Shown here: one piece after another, positions 1 to 15,157 of the stretch
How the letters are laid out: the number at the start of each line of letters is the position of its first letter
How positions within the stretch are numbered: position 1 is the first letter of the stretch
Source: Chrysomallon squamiferum
Taxonomy: Eukaryota; Animalia; Mollusca
Direction of reading: 5' to 3'
Assembly: GCA_012295275.1 (NCBI GenBank)
Contig: CM022672.1
Coordinates: 22,940,001-23,004,000, forward strand
Length of the DNA: 64,000 nt
Translations under genes and position numbers: made by a program
The notes under the pieces: model-generated
Told to the model about the DNA's origin: nothing
The model's database searches: none
Seen by the model: only the letters and a program-made list of their open reading frames with translations

Positions 1-1372
1 TGTTCTTTGGTAATGGTGAAACATGATTTTGTCATGCACCTGTAATAAATATTTTAATTATTAGCATATTCACACTGAAAATGAGAATGTACTTTAAATT
101 ACAATTTCCTAGACCAGTGTCACTTTTTGTTTACATTGCATATGCATGAAACTGTAGATTATTTATGTTCATCTTCTCCTTAAAAATTACCTTTATACCA
201 GGGAGACAATATTGCACACTTACAAATTTTCCTCAAAAGTTAATATACTCTTCATAAATTGCAGATTGTTTCTTTTTGTTTCTTCTCCAAATCAGAGAAA
301 AATATTGAAAAATGATTTGATGTGACAGATATACATTCATTCTTTATAATTAATTGTGACTGAAATGAAAAAAAAATATATCCTATGAAGCATATGAATT
401 AAAAATGTCTGTAATATGACTGAATAATGACAAACTCAGTTCCCAGAGATATCAAAAGTCAGTTATTAGTTTGAGACAACCATTGAAACATAATTTATAT
501 GCAATCATTTAAAAATAATTTTGCATTCACTGTCCATTATAGTTACCATAGAAACCACAGATTCATACTTGAACATATTCATTTTTTAATATATTTTTTT
601 AATTAGAAATGTTACTGATATATGCCATGTAGATATTTTATTCTAGTATGGTAAATGTGAATTTAGAATGATCTTTTGGACCAAAAGTGTTTGTGTGTGT
701 ATCTATGTATCTATCTATCTATCTCTATCTATATATTGCACACACATGCTGTAATTCAAGAGATTAATGTAACACCAAATTAACATGAATTGGCTATCCT
801 GTAGAAATCAAAAATATGTCAGCAAATTAATGTGAATAGTCCATCATTTAGTAAAAGTATATTAATGACTTTTGAGTTAGTGTTACTTTGTTCATTAATG
901 ATATTCACTGTGTTTGCTTCACACTGATGTGAGTCATTCTTCTTTTATAAAGAGCATTTTGAAATAAGATTGTATTAGAAAACGGCATCAACAACTGGAA
1001 ACAAGATGTTGGAAAATAATTAACTTCTTTTCAGTTTTACATTGTTTGTTTGTATGTGTTTGTGGATTTTTAAAAACAAAATTTTGAAGGACGGAGAATT
1101 CTTTGTCTATATGCATATGTGTTTAATAGGTAAAGCATGTTTTTTTTCACCTTAAATTCCTGAATTACCATATTATTCATTTTTTTTATAGTTATATAGA
1201 CATATAAATACAGATGAACACTAAGAAAACAGAATATGAATTTTTTTCAAAATACTTTACACCAACATGGTATCTGTGGCATTTTTTTTTTCATATTTTA
1301 TATAGATAATTATATGTTATAAAACTTTGAAGAAACTAAATAGTAACTTTGATCCAAACTGATTTGTTTTAG

Positions 1373-4300
1373 GGATGTTTGGGCAAAGGTTGTTCATCTT
1401 AAAGATGGAGAAGAAGTAGAATATCGCTTCTTTGTTGGACGCTTTCTGGAAAATGATAATAATGAAAAAGGGTTAGAATTGACGATTGTACGCTGGGAAA
1501 CTCCTGTTAATCCTCGCTGTCTTACTGTGAATGGTATGTGAAAAATCATTAAATTGTATATTGATAAATTAATTATATAAATTATCCGAATAAAAATTTT
1601 CAAACTCAATTATGTTTTTTGTATTTTGAGTTGACATTTTTTTAATTATATGTGATGCTATAATTTAGCATGATTTTCAAACGGGAGTATAAAAAGTATA
1701 TCAATTTTAATGTGTATACATTGTCTATATATTATTTACACACTAAGGTTTTAAAAATATTTTGTGAAGAAATATTCTATGAATAGAAATTTGAATAGGT
1801 GTGTGGAGTTACAATTACATTTTTATACCTTTAATTCTGTTTCAGATGTTTAAAAAAAAAAGAAGAAAAAGTAAAATATATATTTCTCATCTTTTAAGAT
1901 TCCTTTGTTTTACTCTGTTTTCCTAATTGTTATTATTTGTTTCAGGACCAACAACTTTGCCAGTTGAGGAGTTTGGAAATTTCAGTAAGTGTTTGTAGAT
2001 GTTTTCATCTGAAAGTAAGTGATCAGTGCTGTAGTACTAGTGGGAAGTCGAAGTGATTTGTTTTGTGTAGTATTTTTCTTAACTCTTTGCCTGCTGGTTG
2101 GAATTATGTCTCTGTAGTTCAGTGGTGGCAGGATTTACCACAGTGGCAGTATTTTATGACTGCACAATACTTCAAATTGAAAACATTTGGTAAAATGGTT
2201 TTTTTTGTTCATAAACTACGGGAGGTCACTTGAGGCAACAGCAAGCAAAGAGTTAAATGGTAAATAACTTGCACATTTTATATGACTGATACATTTTCAA
2301 GTATAATTTTATTAGATGTCTCATTATATGAAAATGCAGCTATCAATGAAGGGTGATTTTCTGTTGGCTGATCTGCTTTTGAAATCATTTTTTTTTAATT
2401 TATTTAAATTTTTGTTTTTATTAAAAACTGGTCATGTTTACTTTGTTTTCATACAAGAAAACCTTGTATCTGCAACATTATCCAACATTTGGGTCATATC
2501 CAACATTTAGGTCATTTCAGACTTTTATTTGGCAGCAACCTTTTCCAAAATGTTTAGAACTTCAGTAAACAACAGAATACATTCAGCTTGATTACAGCTA
2601 TATGAATAATTTTTCAGATTTTTTGCACCTGATTTGCAATTTTCGTTCCTGGGATCATGAGTACTCGAAGCTTTTTCTTTTTCTACTGAACTAATGGATG
2701 GCTATAACTTTCAATTTCAGATTTTCCCCAAAAGGCAAATTCACTGAATATCTACATCTCAGATGGTCTAATCAACAACACTGAACTTGATGACTTCAAC
2801 TTTGATTTCTTTTTAGCAATCAGATTATAATCAAAATGTCCTTTACAGTGATTAATGTGGAAGCTGTTCGACAAGAAAGATTACCCTGGGCCTGATCAGA
2901 TGTCAACATTTATCGTAAAATTGTTGTTTGCCTATTTTTTTTTTTTTTTTTAAACAATAAACATCATGTTAAACAGATAAAGAATCAAACACATATATGT
3001 GTACATATGTGTTCACCAGTTGGATTCCAGTTGATGCTTTTCACTGTAAGTGTCCTTTTGTTTTTCTCCATCATTGTTACTGCTGCATTTAGCAATTAAA
3101 AAAGCACTAATTAATTAAAACTGTATTTGAAGACTGACTTAGTCTTTTTCTATTTTAATTTGTTTCATCATTTATAATTATTTTTTTTGTTTTGTTTTAA
3201 AACTTATTTGCTTCAGCTAATTGCTGTACAATTAAAATGTATGTGAAACAATAGGCTGTTTGGCAGGTGCTGCAACTATGTCCCTATATTTTGCTTTCAA
3301 TTTTAGACTTTCTTTGAAAGTTCAAAAATATTATTTAGTTATCTGTTCTTAAAGTCTTAATATATAGGTATGTATATATGATTTATAAAGCATTTTAGTC
3401 ATTTGCTTGTTGTAAATGGCCTAATTCAAATTCAGAGGTATCAAAAGAAATTTTAGAACACTATTTTATAAATAAAGTTTTGGTTATGTGATTTATGACA
3501 AAGTAACATGATTACATTCAAAGATAATTGGATCTTTAACTGAAAGTGCAAAATAACATTTAAATGACTTACCTTGTTCATATTTGTTTGCAGTTGATAA
3601 TCTAGTATTACAAATTATTGGATTTGCCACAAACCAGTTATTACATTATGCAGAGGTTTGAGCAAAGCATGATTTGAAATAATGCTTTTTATCTTCTTTA
3701 GGTGTGATTCTTTTTTATATTAGCTGCATATTTTATGTACACCTAAAGATTTTTATAATAATAAAAAATACATAGTCTGCATCAGTAATAAAATATTTCA
3801 CATTGATACAGTTATTAATATACATTGCTGTGTACATTTGTAGGGTACCAGTTTTTAATATAGGAATGTTTTCAACTACAAGACTATGTATATTTTTATT
3901 ATTTTTTTCATTTCTTTTCAGCTGCCTTTAACATTGTTTATCTTTGCATGTGAAAGTAAGCAAGGTTATCATTGTTTTCTTTCAGAAATGTTTTCTGTTG
4001 CAGATGGCTTCAGTTTTGTTGCAAATGGCTGGCTAACTGGACAGACATGTTTGCAACTTCGTATCCACAGTGATCCAATACTGATGTTCAAGAAACGTTA
4101 CAGCCATCAGAGATACAGCGTAAAATGCATTCCAATAGACTATAGATCAAAGCAGGTAATGGATGATTTTTTTTTTTTGAACTGATATATAAAAAATTAG
4201 TATAAAATTTTGAGTGCAATTCATTATTAAAGTTAGTTAATTTTTATGGGACATTAAAAAAAAACCCCAAAAACAACAAAAGCAATGTCATTAAAGTAGA

Positions 4301-7300
4301 TACTAAATACACACTAAGCTTAATTTCTTATTGTATTTTTATATGATATTTTTGATGAATTGTTTTTGTAAGCTGTGGTTTCCCCTCCTCATTAAGGACT
4401 GAACAGAAACCAGATCAAACAATGGTAACTTGGAAAAGTGCAAAACTAACTTTCAGGTTCCATCAGCATGTATTTTATAAATTTATATGAAACATTTGTG
4501 GACATGATAATATGATAATATGATAACATGATAATATGATAATATGATAATATGATAACATGATAACTTAATGTTTTTCTTTGTGTAGCAAACATCACCA
4601 CTGGAAGTAGATGAAGACAGCAGAGATGGACCATCAGTATGTTCAAGCACAAGGATTACTGTAGTGGTAAGTTAGGTTTGTTAAAATATTCCTCCCTGTC
4701 AAATACAATCACAGCTGAATTCAAGAAATTGAAAATTTTGGATTGTTTGAGAGAATTGTGTATATTGCATAATGACGTGAGTGCCTACAGAGTTTGTAAA
4801 TGATATGGAAAACTTCAATTCATATTTACTCAAGTATTGTTTTTATACTTTAGCCATGTGATCTCTTTTAGAGTAAGAACATTTTGATACATTAACATCT
4901 TTTAAAAACATTAAATTGTTTAAGCACGTCATATCAACAGCTATGTTTGACACCCACAGAATTTTAGTAGAAATCAAGAAACTTTTTTTCTTCTAAATAT
5001 GTTTAAATATAATTTATTTCTTACAGGTATTAAATGAGAAAGATTACAATTCTGGACCTCAAGAGACATATGGCACAGTGTTCAACAATGATGATTATCT
5101 TGTTTTTAAAGTGCAGTCATTTCATTGCCGTTATCTTGTGAGTTATATCACCTAGTATTGTTTGCAGTTAATTGTGTTTATGCAAATTTAAATTGAGAAA
5201 ATAAATTTCATAATTCATATACTCCACATGCAACATATAATGTTTTGTCTTCATTTTTATTTAGTTCACGTACTGTGGTTCTGTGGTAAATTTATGTAAT
5301 GATTTTGCTTTGTGTATTTTAATACTTAATTACTTAAGAGAAAGTAAACAAGTTCCTTACAAAGTGGTGCTATTGACATAAAATAAAAAACATTTTATAA
5401 ATACATACAAAAATAAAATTAATAATATATTCTTCATGAGTAAGTTTCTGAATTGTGTGTAAATATATATATATATATTTGAAACAAACAGTATTTTTTA
5501 AAATAACTTTATGAAATATCTGTTATTCCAGGGTTTTCAGCTTGAATTTTTTGTGAGTGAACCCAGTACACCCTCTGATTCTGAGCCTAAGTACATTGGG
5601 TTTGCTCAAATTCTGCCTGTTGACCAACAGAGGTCATTGAGAACAAGACTGCGGCTTCCTATAATGGGATTGCAGCATAAACCTATTGGTGAAATCTATG
5701 GTAAGAACATCATTTTGTTTGTTTTGTTTACATTATTATACATAGTTTTACAACAACAAAAAAATAGCTTGTGACATTTCAATAAGCAACTGAAATTGTT
5801 TACACATGTAAAAATAAAATTATCTTAAGTTATATTTCACTTTGATAAAAAGAAAATGTTAACTGTTTCAGTGAATTTATGTTTAAATTATATCAACACA
5901 CACTTCTAGCACTGTTTTTCGCATGTACAGATAAAGAAAATGTAGTGTGAGGACATACTTTTTACTGTAAAGATATATGTATATATGTTTTTATCATGCA
6001 TATTTTATTATAAATTCTTCTTTTCAGTTGATTACCTATTAATCAAACCTTTCACTGGTCATAAATGTTTAATGGATGTATCATATCAATGTCACTGGAG
6101 GATGAAAGGAAAGACTTTGGATATTGGACACAGAGGGATGGGAGTGTCCCATAAACAGTTAGTGAACATGCTGTAGAAATATATTTCTTAAACCTGTAAG
6201 GCACATAATTTAAATATGTAATAGCTGATGACATTAATTACATATTGACATGGAGTGATGTGTATAATTTGATTCAGAATTAATTTGTTACATAATTGTA
6301 GGGAGAAAAAATAAATGATTTCTTTTTAATTTTTATAAAAATTTTCTATCTCTGTTATCTGTAACTGGTATCAAGCATTTTATCATCCTTGTAAATATTA
6401 TTATTGATTGCATTTTTTTTTTATACAATTTTTATTTGAACAATACTTTACTTTTTTGTAGATTTGTTTAATTTAATAAACTTTTATAAATTTATATTTT
6501 TGCATTTTTGCATTTTTTTTAATGTTTTTTTACAGCATTGAGATGGTTCAAGAAAACACACTAGCATCATTTTCTGAAGCAGCTGATCATGTAAATAGCT
6601 TTGTAAAAAAAAAAATTAGCAGCATTCAAAACTTTGATAAGTGTTTTAAATAATGTGTATGTGTGTGTGTTTATTTCAGTTTTGTTTGTAAGGGAGCATT
6701 TAAAAAGTGAAGTTGAAATTAGAAGAATAATTAAAGAAAAAAATAAAAGCTAAATATAATAAGATTTCTTTGAAAGAATTGATTATTCAGAGATCTTTTT
6801 TTTTTTTTTTTAATTTTCCAGGGTGCAGATATGGTGGAATTTGATGTTTTATTAACTAAAGATCATGAGCCCTTGGTTTGGCATGATTACACAGTAAATA
6901 TCCATTGCAAAAAGGTAAGACAGCATGTAATATTTTATTTTAAAAAGAAAAATTTCTCCTTTTTTCATTTAATAGTAAAACATCCATAATATTCAGGATG
7001 CAAATACAATAAATCAGTCTTAATACACGATAGTTTTAAAACTTAATAAATACCATTTTCATCATGACCGAGTAGTTGTGGAAAAGATAAATAGTTATAT
7101 ATTATTTTTAATTTTTTGATACTAATTAGAACAAACAATTTAATGTAATGTAGAGCACATTATTTTGTTACAGTAATATTGAATTAAAAAATTTTGTAAT
7201 TAAAAAAACTGTTTATATTAGGTGTGAATATTTTCACAAAATAATACTCTATCAGGTTTTATTTAAAGACATTCCTGTGTAGAAGCTTGTAGTATTATGT

Positions 7301-10300
7301 TGGCAATAATGTTTTATGTTCTTGACTTTTTTAGGGCTGTGATGAAGAAGAATTGCTTGAGGTCCCAATTAAAGATCTTACTCTCACTCAGCTACATTCT
7401 ATGAAGGTAATTTGTTTTTATATTTGATAATAAATAGTAAATTAACCTTCAGACCTCTGGACACAGAGTGTTGTGTTAATAACATTTATTTTGATTGAAA
7501 ATAGTTTTAAAAAATTAATACGGGATAAGTTGGATTTCTTTTACCAGTATTTTGAATCATTTATTGTGTAAAAATTAAGCTTCAGTTATTCACAAAAAAA
7601 GATATACTTGTAAACAAGTACACATTAACTATATTTTTTTGTTTTTGTATAATACAGTCTTGGTTTAAAAAAACAACAATCTAAAAACCAATCTTACTGC
7701 CACATCATATTGATGTTTTCAGAATGGACCTCAGTTGGAGTGAAAAAATCATTGAATACTATTTTATTTGACAATAATGAGATATTGATAATAAATCTTT
7801 AGTGAATAGATATTGTCTATATTTCTGTGAAGAATGTAGTTTAAGTGAAAGGCAAAAAATACTAGTTTTCAAGCTTTGTTGTGGGCTTGTAATTATCAAA
7901 TTATTAATTTTCACTATCACAACAACACTGTTGAACGTTATAAGTCATCTGTTTTCTTCATCTTTATCCTTTACTTCATTATTTTATTTTTAAGGTGAAA
8001 ACTCTTAATTCAAATACTGAGATAGCAACAGTAGTTCAACTTTTTAAAATAATTTTTTCTTTGCAGTTGTCTCATCCAAGCAGTCTTACAGAATCAGATA
8101 TTAGTAAGAGTTTTTTTTATACATTTAGATTATTTTACAAACTTCAGGGAACATTCCAGTTAATAATGCTAAATATATTTGTTTTTGTATCATTAAGAAT
8201 TCATGAAAATTGAAATTTGTGTATTTAAAGCGCTATAAGTTACAATTTTACAAACTCTAATTCTTGTGTTTTAGTGAAGCTAATTTACATATGGTTGCTG
8301 TTTTTCATATTTTAGTAGAATCTTTTATTATTATTTTTTTAATATTCTTTTTTTTTGATTGTTAAACTATGTCATTAACATTATTATTTTTCTCCATAGA
8401 AAACAACAGTGACGAACGACCATTTCCCACACTGAAGCAAGTTTTACAGAATGCTGATGAAAGGCTGGCATTTTTCATGGAAGTAAAATATCCTCTTGCA
8501 GTACAGGTAATATTGTTTGATGTGTTGATTTTTCCCAAACAAAGTTGATAGAAAAATAAAACTTTATATTGTAATTAATTTTCAGGTTCATATTATCACA
8601 TTAGTCTATGCCTATAAACATTTAGTAACTAATTATCATCAGTAATGAATAAATGAATTTATCTTAATGATGTTACTGTGCATCTTAAGATAAATATTAA
8701 GTAAATTACACAATGTTTTTGTAATAAGAACTTTTGCTACTGTGGTTGAATAAATGCTGTTTACACTAAATACTTGTATTTTTCAGAGTGGAAAACTGGA
8801 GTTGGACCAGTATTTTGATCACAACCTTCTGATTGACAAGATTTTAGAAGATGTTTTCAACTATGCTGGCTCTCGTAAAATTGTTTTTGCAAGTTTTGAT
8901 GCAGAGACCTGTATCATGTAAGTTTTTGTTTTGTGAATTATTTATAGCTGTATATGGGAATCAAATCTAAATATATATTTGTGTGGTTTGATTTGTAAAT
9001 GTAAAACCATAATTCTTTTTAACATATCTAAAATATATTTACACTTGCATTGGGAAAATAAAGTTATGTAAAATAAACATGTTTGGAATAAGTATTAAAA
9101 AAAAATTAAAATAAATTAAATTATAGACTCATTTCGGAATTTATCAAATAAAAGAAATTAAAGAAGGAAATATAAAAATAAATACAAGGTAAATGAAGTA
9201 TTCTTTAACATAATTTAAAACAAATCTTAAGAATATTATAAACCTAGTTAATTGGTTAAAGCATTTTAATCAAGGAAAACAATTGAATAAAATAATATTT
9301 CTGTTTATAGAATATATAACTTTTCAGATGAGAAAATGACACTTATTTTTACTTGCATATTTGGTATAGGTTTTGTGCAATTTGTTATAAATATACATTC
9401 TAATAGGCTGCAGTTGAAGCAGAACCATTATCCAGTTATGTTCATGACATGTGGTCAGTGTGGGCACTGGGAGCCATACAAAGACTTCCGAGCCAGAAAC
9501 TTTGAAGTTGCTATCAGCTTTGCATTATCAGAAGGACTCATGGTTTGTCTTTAGCTAGGGAGAAATGTTACACTTAATACTGGTGCATTAAATGAATTGA
9601 AATTTCAGAAATATTCAGATCAGCATTCATTACAATTCTTTTATTCAGTAAGATTTTATTAGTTTAAAAAAATTAAATAAGAAAGAAAAATTTAATACAA
9701 AAGTGTGAAATAAGTGTGGGGTTTTTGTTTTGAAAAAAGAAAAGACTGAAATGGGGAAATAGATTTTGGATTACAAATCTTTAATTAGCCATTTATTTCA
9801 TTTATTTCAGGGAGTGGGGATGAATTTAGAAGTCATGCTTCATGATATGTCACTGATGAAGAAAGCTCATGAAATGGGCCTTGTTATCTTTGTCTGGGGT
9901 GAAGAAGCTAATAACAAAGAAATGATCAGACAGCTTAGACGACAAGGTGCTGATGGGATAATATATGACAGGTTAGTTTTTCCAATCCTATTTTCAGATA
10001 TTTATTAGGTTAATTCAGTTTGTTTGATAGTTTCATTCATGATGTGCAGTTACACATAAATCTGAAACAGGTGAAAGTTTTGAACGTTTCCTCTTAATAT
10101 ACTCGTATAATTAATCATATAAACTAATGTTACAGTTTAGGTATTCTGAACTTTAGGATTGTTATGACTTGGCATTTAAGATTAATATTTTTTCTTGTGA
10201 TAAATTATGTTTCAAAGACTTGTTGCATTGTGGAAATTTGCCGTCTTTTTGCCTCTTTCATTACCCATCTCTCTCTAATCCCAGTCAGATGTAATTTATT

Positions 10301-10480
10301 TTACTGATGAACATTTCCTGTTGTTTTATAAGTCTTGACTCAGAATTATTTAGAACATTTTTGATATTTATTTTCAGAATTGATTTTCACAGACCTAAGG
10401 ACAATGTTCAGTTTGAGATGGAGTCCAGTGCAGACAAGACACTTATTAATAAATTAACAAATGTTGGCCAATCTTTATAG
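1373..10480 (+). CDS. GPCPD1: Glycerophosphocholine phosphodiesterase (CBM20 + GDPD domain), 5'-partial, 16 exons in window
   Basis: Phase-compatible GT-AG exons: 1373-1533, 1946-1984, 4004-4155, 4589-4666, 5027-5137, 5532-5700, 6028-6157, 6536-6590, 6822-6914, 7335-7406, 8067-8103, 8400-8506, 8787-8917, 9407-9542, 9811-9971, 10378-10480 (TAG). Translation shows the CBM20 tail (VEYRFFV...RWET), GWLT, and GDPD motifs DIGHRGMG, QENTLASF, GADMVEFDVLLTKD, VWHD, PFPTLKQVL, MEVKYP, IVFASFD, LKQNHYPVMF, FVWG, DGIIYDRI. Catalytic His and metal-binding acidic residues look intact. Start exon(s) not seen. Confidence 0.93.
2079..2256. mobile_element. Short non-autonomous DNA transposon (MITE, piggyBac-like TTAA ends) in a GPCPD1 intron
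   Basis: TTAA-CTCTTTGCCTGCTG at 2079-2096 and CAGCAAGCAAAGAG-TTAA at 2239-2256 are inverted repeats with one mismatch. The 170-bp interior is bounded by TTAA on both sides. Confidence 0.65.
4504..4567. repeat. 8-bp tandem repeat (ATGATAAY)n just upstream of a GPCPD1 splice acceptor
   Basis: About 8 units of atgataat/atgataac read directly. Confidence 0.9.
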
Positions 10481-12058
10481 ATCTAATGCAAAAAACATTT
10501 TTTTTAATGATCTTTTGTCACACCGCAAATAGATTTCTATTTTATATATAATTATTATGGTGCAGGACTCACTTAGGAATCACTTTGTATGCATTTTATT
10601 GAAAAGTATGTTTATTTATGATTGGTGTTTATTATTCTGCTGTTTTTCTAAATTTATTTAGTATTTTCATTACTGTTTTTTTTATATAAAAGCATAAATA
10701 TCAAAGTAAAAAAGAATGGACATATTTTTATAGTTGGTACATATATTTCAGGATTTACAGAACTTCCTGGATCATGCTGGAATATTTCAGACAAATTTAA
10801 ATTATTGTATGGTTTTATAGAAGACATAAGGCTGTGTGTATGTTATACAGAATATAAGATGAAAAAAAAATTAAAATGGATTATCTATGCAATCAATACT
10901 TTAAATAAGAATAACAGTACACTTTTGAATAGTAAAGTTTATTTTACTTTCAGTTTTTCTCTGATTTCCAGAACTAACAATAAGAAAAGTTGACAATGGT
11001 TTTTTGAATGGATATGGAAAGAAAAACAAGAACAAAAAAAAATTAAAATAAAAGATTATTGTTTTATTTGAGTTTAGATACAGAGAACACTACACAGACA
11101 CATCAGTATTTATCATTTATGTAGTGACTTGGAGGTAAATTGGACAAAATAAAATATTAGGATCACTTTTGATTGTCAGAGTATTGTCTTGAGCCATATT
11201 ACTAAATATTGTTGTTGTTTTTTTTAAATTTAATTTTGAGTTCTATATAATTATTATGCACATAAACATCTGATTTCTATGCATTGATGTTATAAGAACT
11301 TGATCTTCAACTTAATGACATCTGAAGTTGGTTATTTTTGTTTGTCTGTGTTTTTTTGATATGAATACTTTTAAAATATTTGTATGTGTTTATAGGATTC
11401 TTTTTAAATTTAAGGCTTTTCCTAAAATCATAATATGGGAAATATTCATTATTTGGAAAACAAATTCCTGAAATCTTGATGCAGGATTTGTTTTAAACAT
11501 TTATTATCAACATAATTTGTATTTTGTGTACCATTATTATGATTACTGGGATAGCCTTTTGATATCTCTTGAAATACATATATATTATTCAGAAGTTACT
11601 TATTGTTTTCCAATTCAACATATTCAAAGGTGTCCTTTTAAATTGTATATTACTGTAAAATAATTCTTGTGTTATGTTAGCAGATTGTACATTTCTAATG
11701 GAACCACAATTGTAGAAGTAGATGTCTTCAAATTAATTTTCAACTAATGATTAATTTATATGATTTTATTATTTATCACTGTGCAAGTATTAAAATAAGA
11801 AACATGCAATACTGCTGTGTGTTTGCATTTAACCTGTTAACATTTTACTTGTTGCAGTTAGGAAAATTCAGTGTATTATTACTAAGTTAATTCGTTTGTG
11901 TTTGTTTCAGTCAAAACAACTGTCCACATGCTTTCATAATTTTATCACAGAGTCCTGACTAAATATTTATAAAATGGCAGGTTTATCATATTTCATTTGA
12001 ATTGTTCAAAGATAGTAATGACCTTTTATTTTTAATTAGCTTTTTATTCTTAAGGTAG

Positions 12059-12061
12059 GAT

Positions 12062-12092
<31 letters not shown>

Positions 12093-12120
12093 TTTGTTTT
12101 ATTTGTTTTATTTATTTGTT
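12059..12120. repeat. (TTTA)n microsatellite
   Basis: Direct reading. Confidence 0.9.
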
Positions 12121-13714
12121 GCTGTAATAATATAAATTTTCAGACCAGCAAAAATATTTCAAATGTTTTTGGAAATGAAGCAGTATGTACCAAGACCTGT
12201 GATGTGTCAGTGCCTTACATGAAAAAAATTCAAAATGGGCTCATAAACATATTCAGGTTATTTACTTAAGAATCTCATCTGAATCAGTTACTGATCTGAT
12301 TTAAGTTATTATTATTACACTGTATTTTGATACCTTCCTTTCCATACTAAGTAAGTTCGAGAACAAAAATAAAAATGACTGATTACATAAACTTGTATTT
12401 GCTGGGGTTGCTGACAGCTAAGATCCTTGGACACGTGACTGATTCTTTACTGTTGTCTATTTAATATAACTATAGCTTCAATTGTTTTCACTGAACACAA
12501 AAATGTATTTCTGATGTATTTTTCATGTTTCTTGCACAATATGCAACCACAGTCATGCAGAGAATATATGCTAATCATGATAGATTAGTGTATTGTTAAT
12601 CTGAAATAAGATAATATATTATTTTCCCAGAATATTTTGTAATGTTTGTATTTATCTTTATTTTTTTATTATTTTTTGTTTGTGTTTGAGGGGATTTTTC
12701 CTTGCTTTATAGTAGTATTTAGTTTTATTTCAAATAAATGGTTGTTGAAGAATCTCAGTTGTCATTGACAGAATGTTAGTCCGGTGACTGATTTTTGTTT
12801 TCACTTGTTCTAATATATTCTATTTTTAATTTTGTATTAATATTTAGAAAACTGTTTTTATCTTAGGCCTTTTCTTACGGAGGATTTTAATTTATGAAAT
12901 TCTCCATAGCAAAAGTTGACTTCCTTTTATTTTAATATAATGGTGATTCTAGCAGTGTGGATGATTGCTTGTGATAAAAAAAAAAATTAATTAAACAAAA
13001 TATTAGATTATTATTTACTTGTATTCACATAAATATAATAATGTTATTTTTTATAAAACATATGAATTAATGCTATACACCTGAATTTGAATAATAATAA
13101 AATCTATAATGTGATTTATTTTGCTTTGTTGTTTATTACTTCATTTTTTATATAGTAATTTAATCAGTTTTTATGTCAGTTATTGATTATTTGAATTATG
13201 TTATCATATGCAGCATATGTCTATCACATAAAACAGAAATGCTGAAATTACTAAAAGAAAATGTATTATCAATTATTCTATTGAGCAAATTATAGATAAA
13301 ACAGCAACATTTGAATTCTGAGAACAATTACACATAATTTCAAAGGTATAAAAATCATTCATAAGCAAGTATTAACAATAAATTTAATTCATTTCAGTTT
13401 TATTTTAATAGTTGTAGATTTTTCATTTAATTCAAGCTAGTTGTTTTTTAATATTTATATTTTTATTTTTTATTATTATTATTATAATATTTATAATTTT
13501 ATCAATGGTAATGCTTTTCCAATTCTGAATGCTGTAATTGGATCACGTACCACTATAACTATTTGATAGAGGGACAGTGTATGTGCTTTCCTGTCGATGG
13601 GTAAAGAGCAAACAATCTTCCTCCCAAATATAAGCATACATCCACTTAGCATGTTGAAAAACAATACAGTCACATATATTATTATTTTAAAGTTAATTTT
13701 TGACTGGTATGAAT

Positions 13715-13720
<6 letters not shown>

Positions 13721-13758
<38 letters not shown>
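13721..13758. repeat. (TA)n microsatellite
   Basis: Direct reading. Confidence 0.95.
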
Positions 13759-13761
<3 letters not shown>

Positions 13762-14084
13762 CCATAAAAAAAATTGTAAGTGATTACTCCCCTTTCAAAA
13801 ATATTTGTTGTAATTTGATGATCAGGTGCCCTCTCCTCAGTCTGGACCTGTACACTATATTGAAAATAATCCTTCAGAATAAGGAAGCCTCCTGATTTTC
13901 CATATGATAACCATAAATGAAAACAATTTTGAAAATTGTTTTCTTTTTCTTCTGTTACAACGAAACTTGATAATTTGTTGCCAATTGGAACATTTAGTAC
14001 ACTACAGTGTTTATAATCCAATGCAAATGGCACATGACTTCCTGTGTATGTATAAAATATACAAAAAATCCTTTGTTGCTAATT

Positions 14085-14180
14085 AGACACAGAACCCCAT
14101 CTTGTGTGTGTGCAGGTTTCCTCTCTCACTGAATAGTCTATGATTCTTAACCATTTGTAGATGCTACATAAATATAAAGG
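14085..14180. mobile_element. Degenerate SINE-like fragment
   Basis: 'caggtttcctctctca...ttcttaaccatttgtagatgctacataa' resembles, from memory, a segment of an abundant gastropod SINE-like repeat. Not verified by search. Confidence 0.4.
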
Positions 14181-15157
14181 AAATTTTGCATAGTTAAAAA
14201 AACAACTTATTTTTTTCTCATTTTTTAAATGTATCTTTCTAAAGTACATTATTCAAACGTTATGAAAATTTTTTATTCATAAAATGCCCTTATTAAGTTC
14301 TCCAAATGCATTACTCAGCAAAAGCTACACAATCTGTGCATTACAATGCCACATTCTTATTCATTTCACTGTAATGAAATGATATGTAAAAATGATTTAA
14401 ATATCCATAACTGATGTTTTCTTTAACCTAATAATTTTCAGTGAATAAGAATACTTTTTTATTCATCTTACCTAAATAATATCTAGATGTTTAGTAGTAA
14501 ACAAAATTTATTTCTGATATTTTATTTTACTATTCAGATTCTTTCTTTTAAAAAATGTAAATAGTGATAAACAATAATAATAAAATATAAGAAATAAAAG
14601 AAATAAAGAAGATGAGTGTTTGTTTGTTGCTTTTTGGGTTTTTTTTTTTTTTTTTTTTTTTTTTTGACAATTATTTTGTCGTCGACTGTATATGGATGAT
14701 GACATCGTTGGAAAAGAACGCAATATAAAATACATCAAAATATTTACATTTTTTTTATATCTGAGAAACAAGTACCTTTTTGTTTCTTACATTAACATAT
14801 TAAAGTATGATTATTTTCAATATTGTGTCATTCGAGGTAAATACTACAGAAAAAAAAAAAGATTGTGTATCCTTATTTTTTTTCATTCAGTATTCGATAT
14901 GTGCCATAAAATCTATTTTAAGAAAATAGTGTTCGTTAAACGCCTATCTTCTATTGATGTTGTAATGTATATATATTCACAATATTGCAAAAATTAACAT
15001 GACAAAAACTGTATTTTTTAAAATTATAATAGTACAAGAATTTTAATAGATTAATGTAATGTAAACCAAATAAGAAAAAATAATATTTTCCTTAAAACCA
15101 AAACTATGTTTTAGAAAATATCTTCGCACACCTCGATGTAGGCAAAAATTCTAAAAT

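Noticed and set aside
2480-2935. More complex intronic segment in GPCPD1 that might be a nested gene or extra exon
   Set aside because: The frames I read are interrupted by stops, no family motif was recognised, and the flanking GPCPD1 exons already join in frame.
13491-14033. 180-aa minus-strand ORF
   Set aside because: Runs through a (TA)n tract, has no recognisable motif and no convincing exon structure. At most a decayed repeat.
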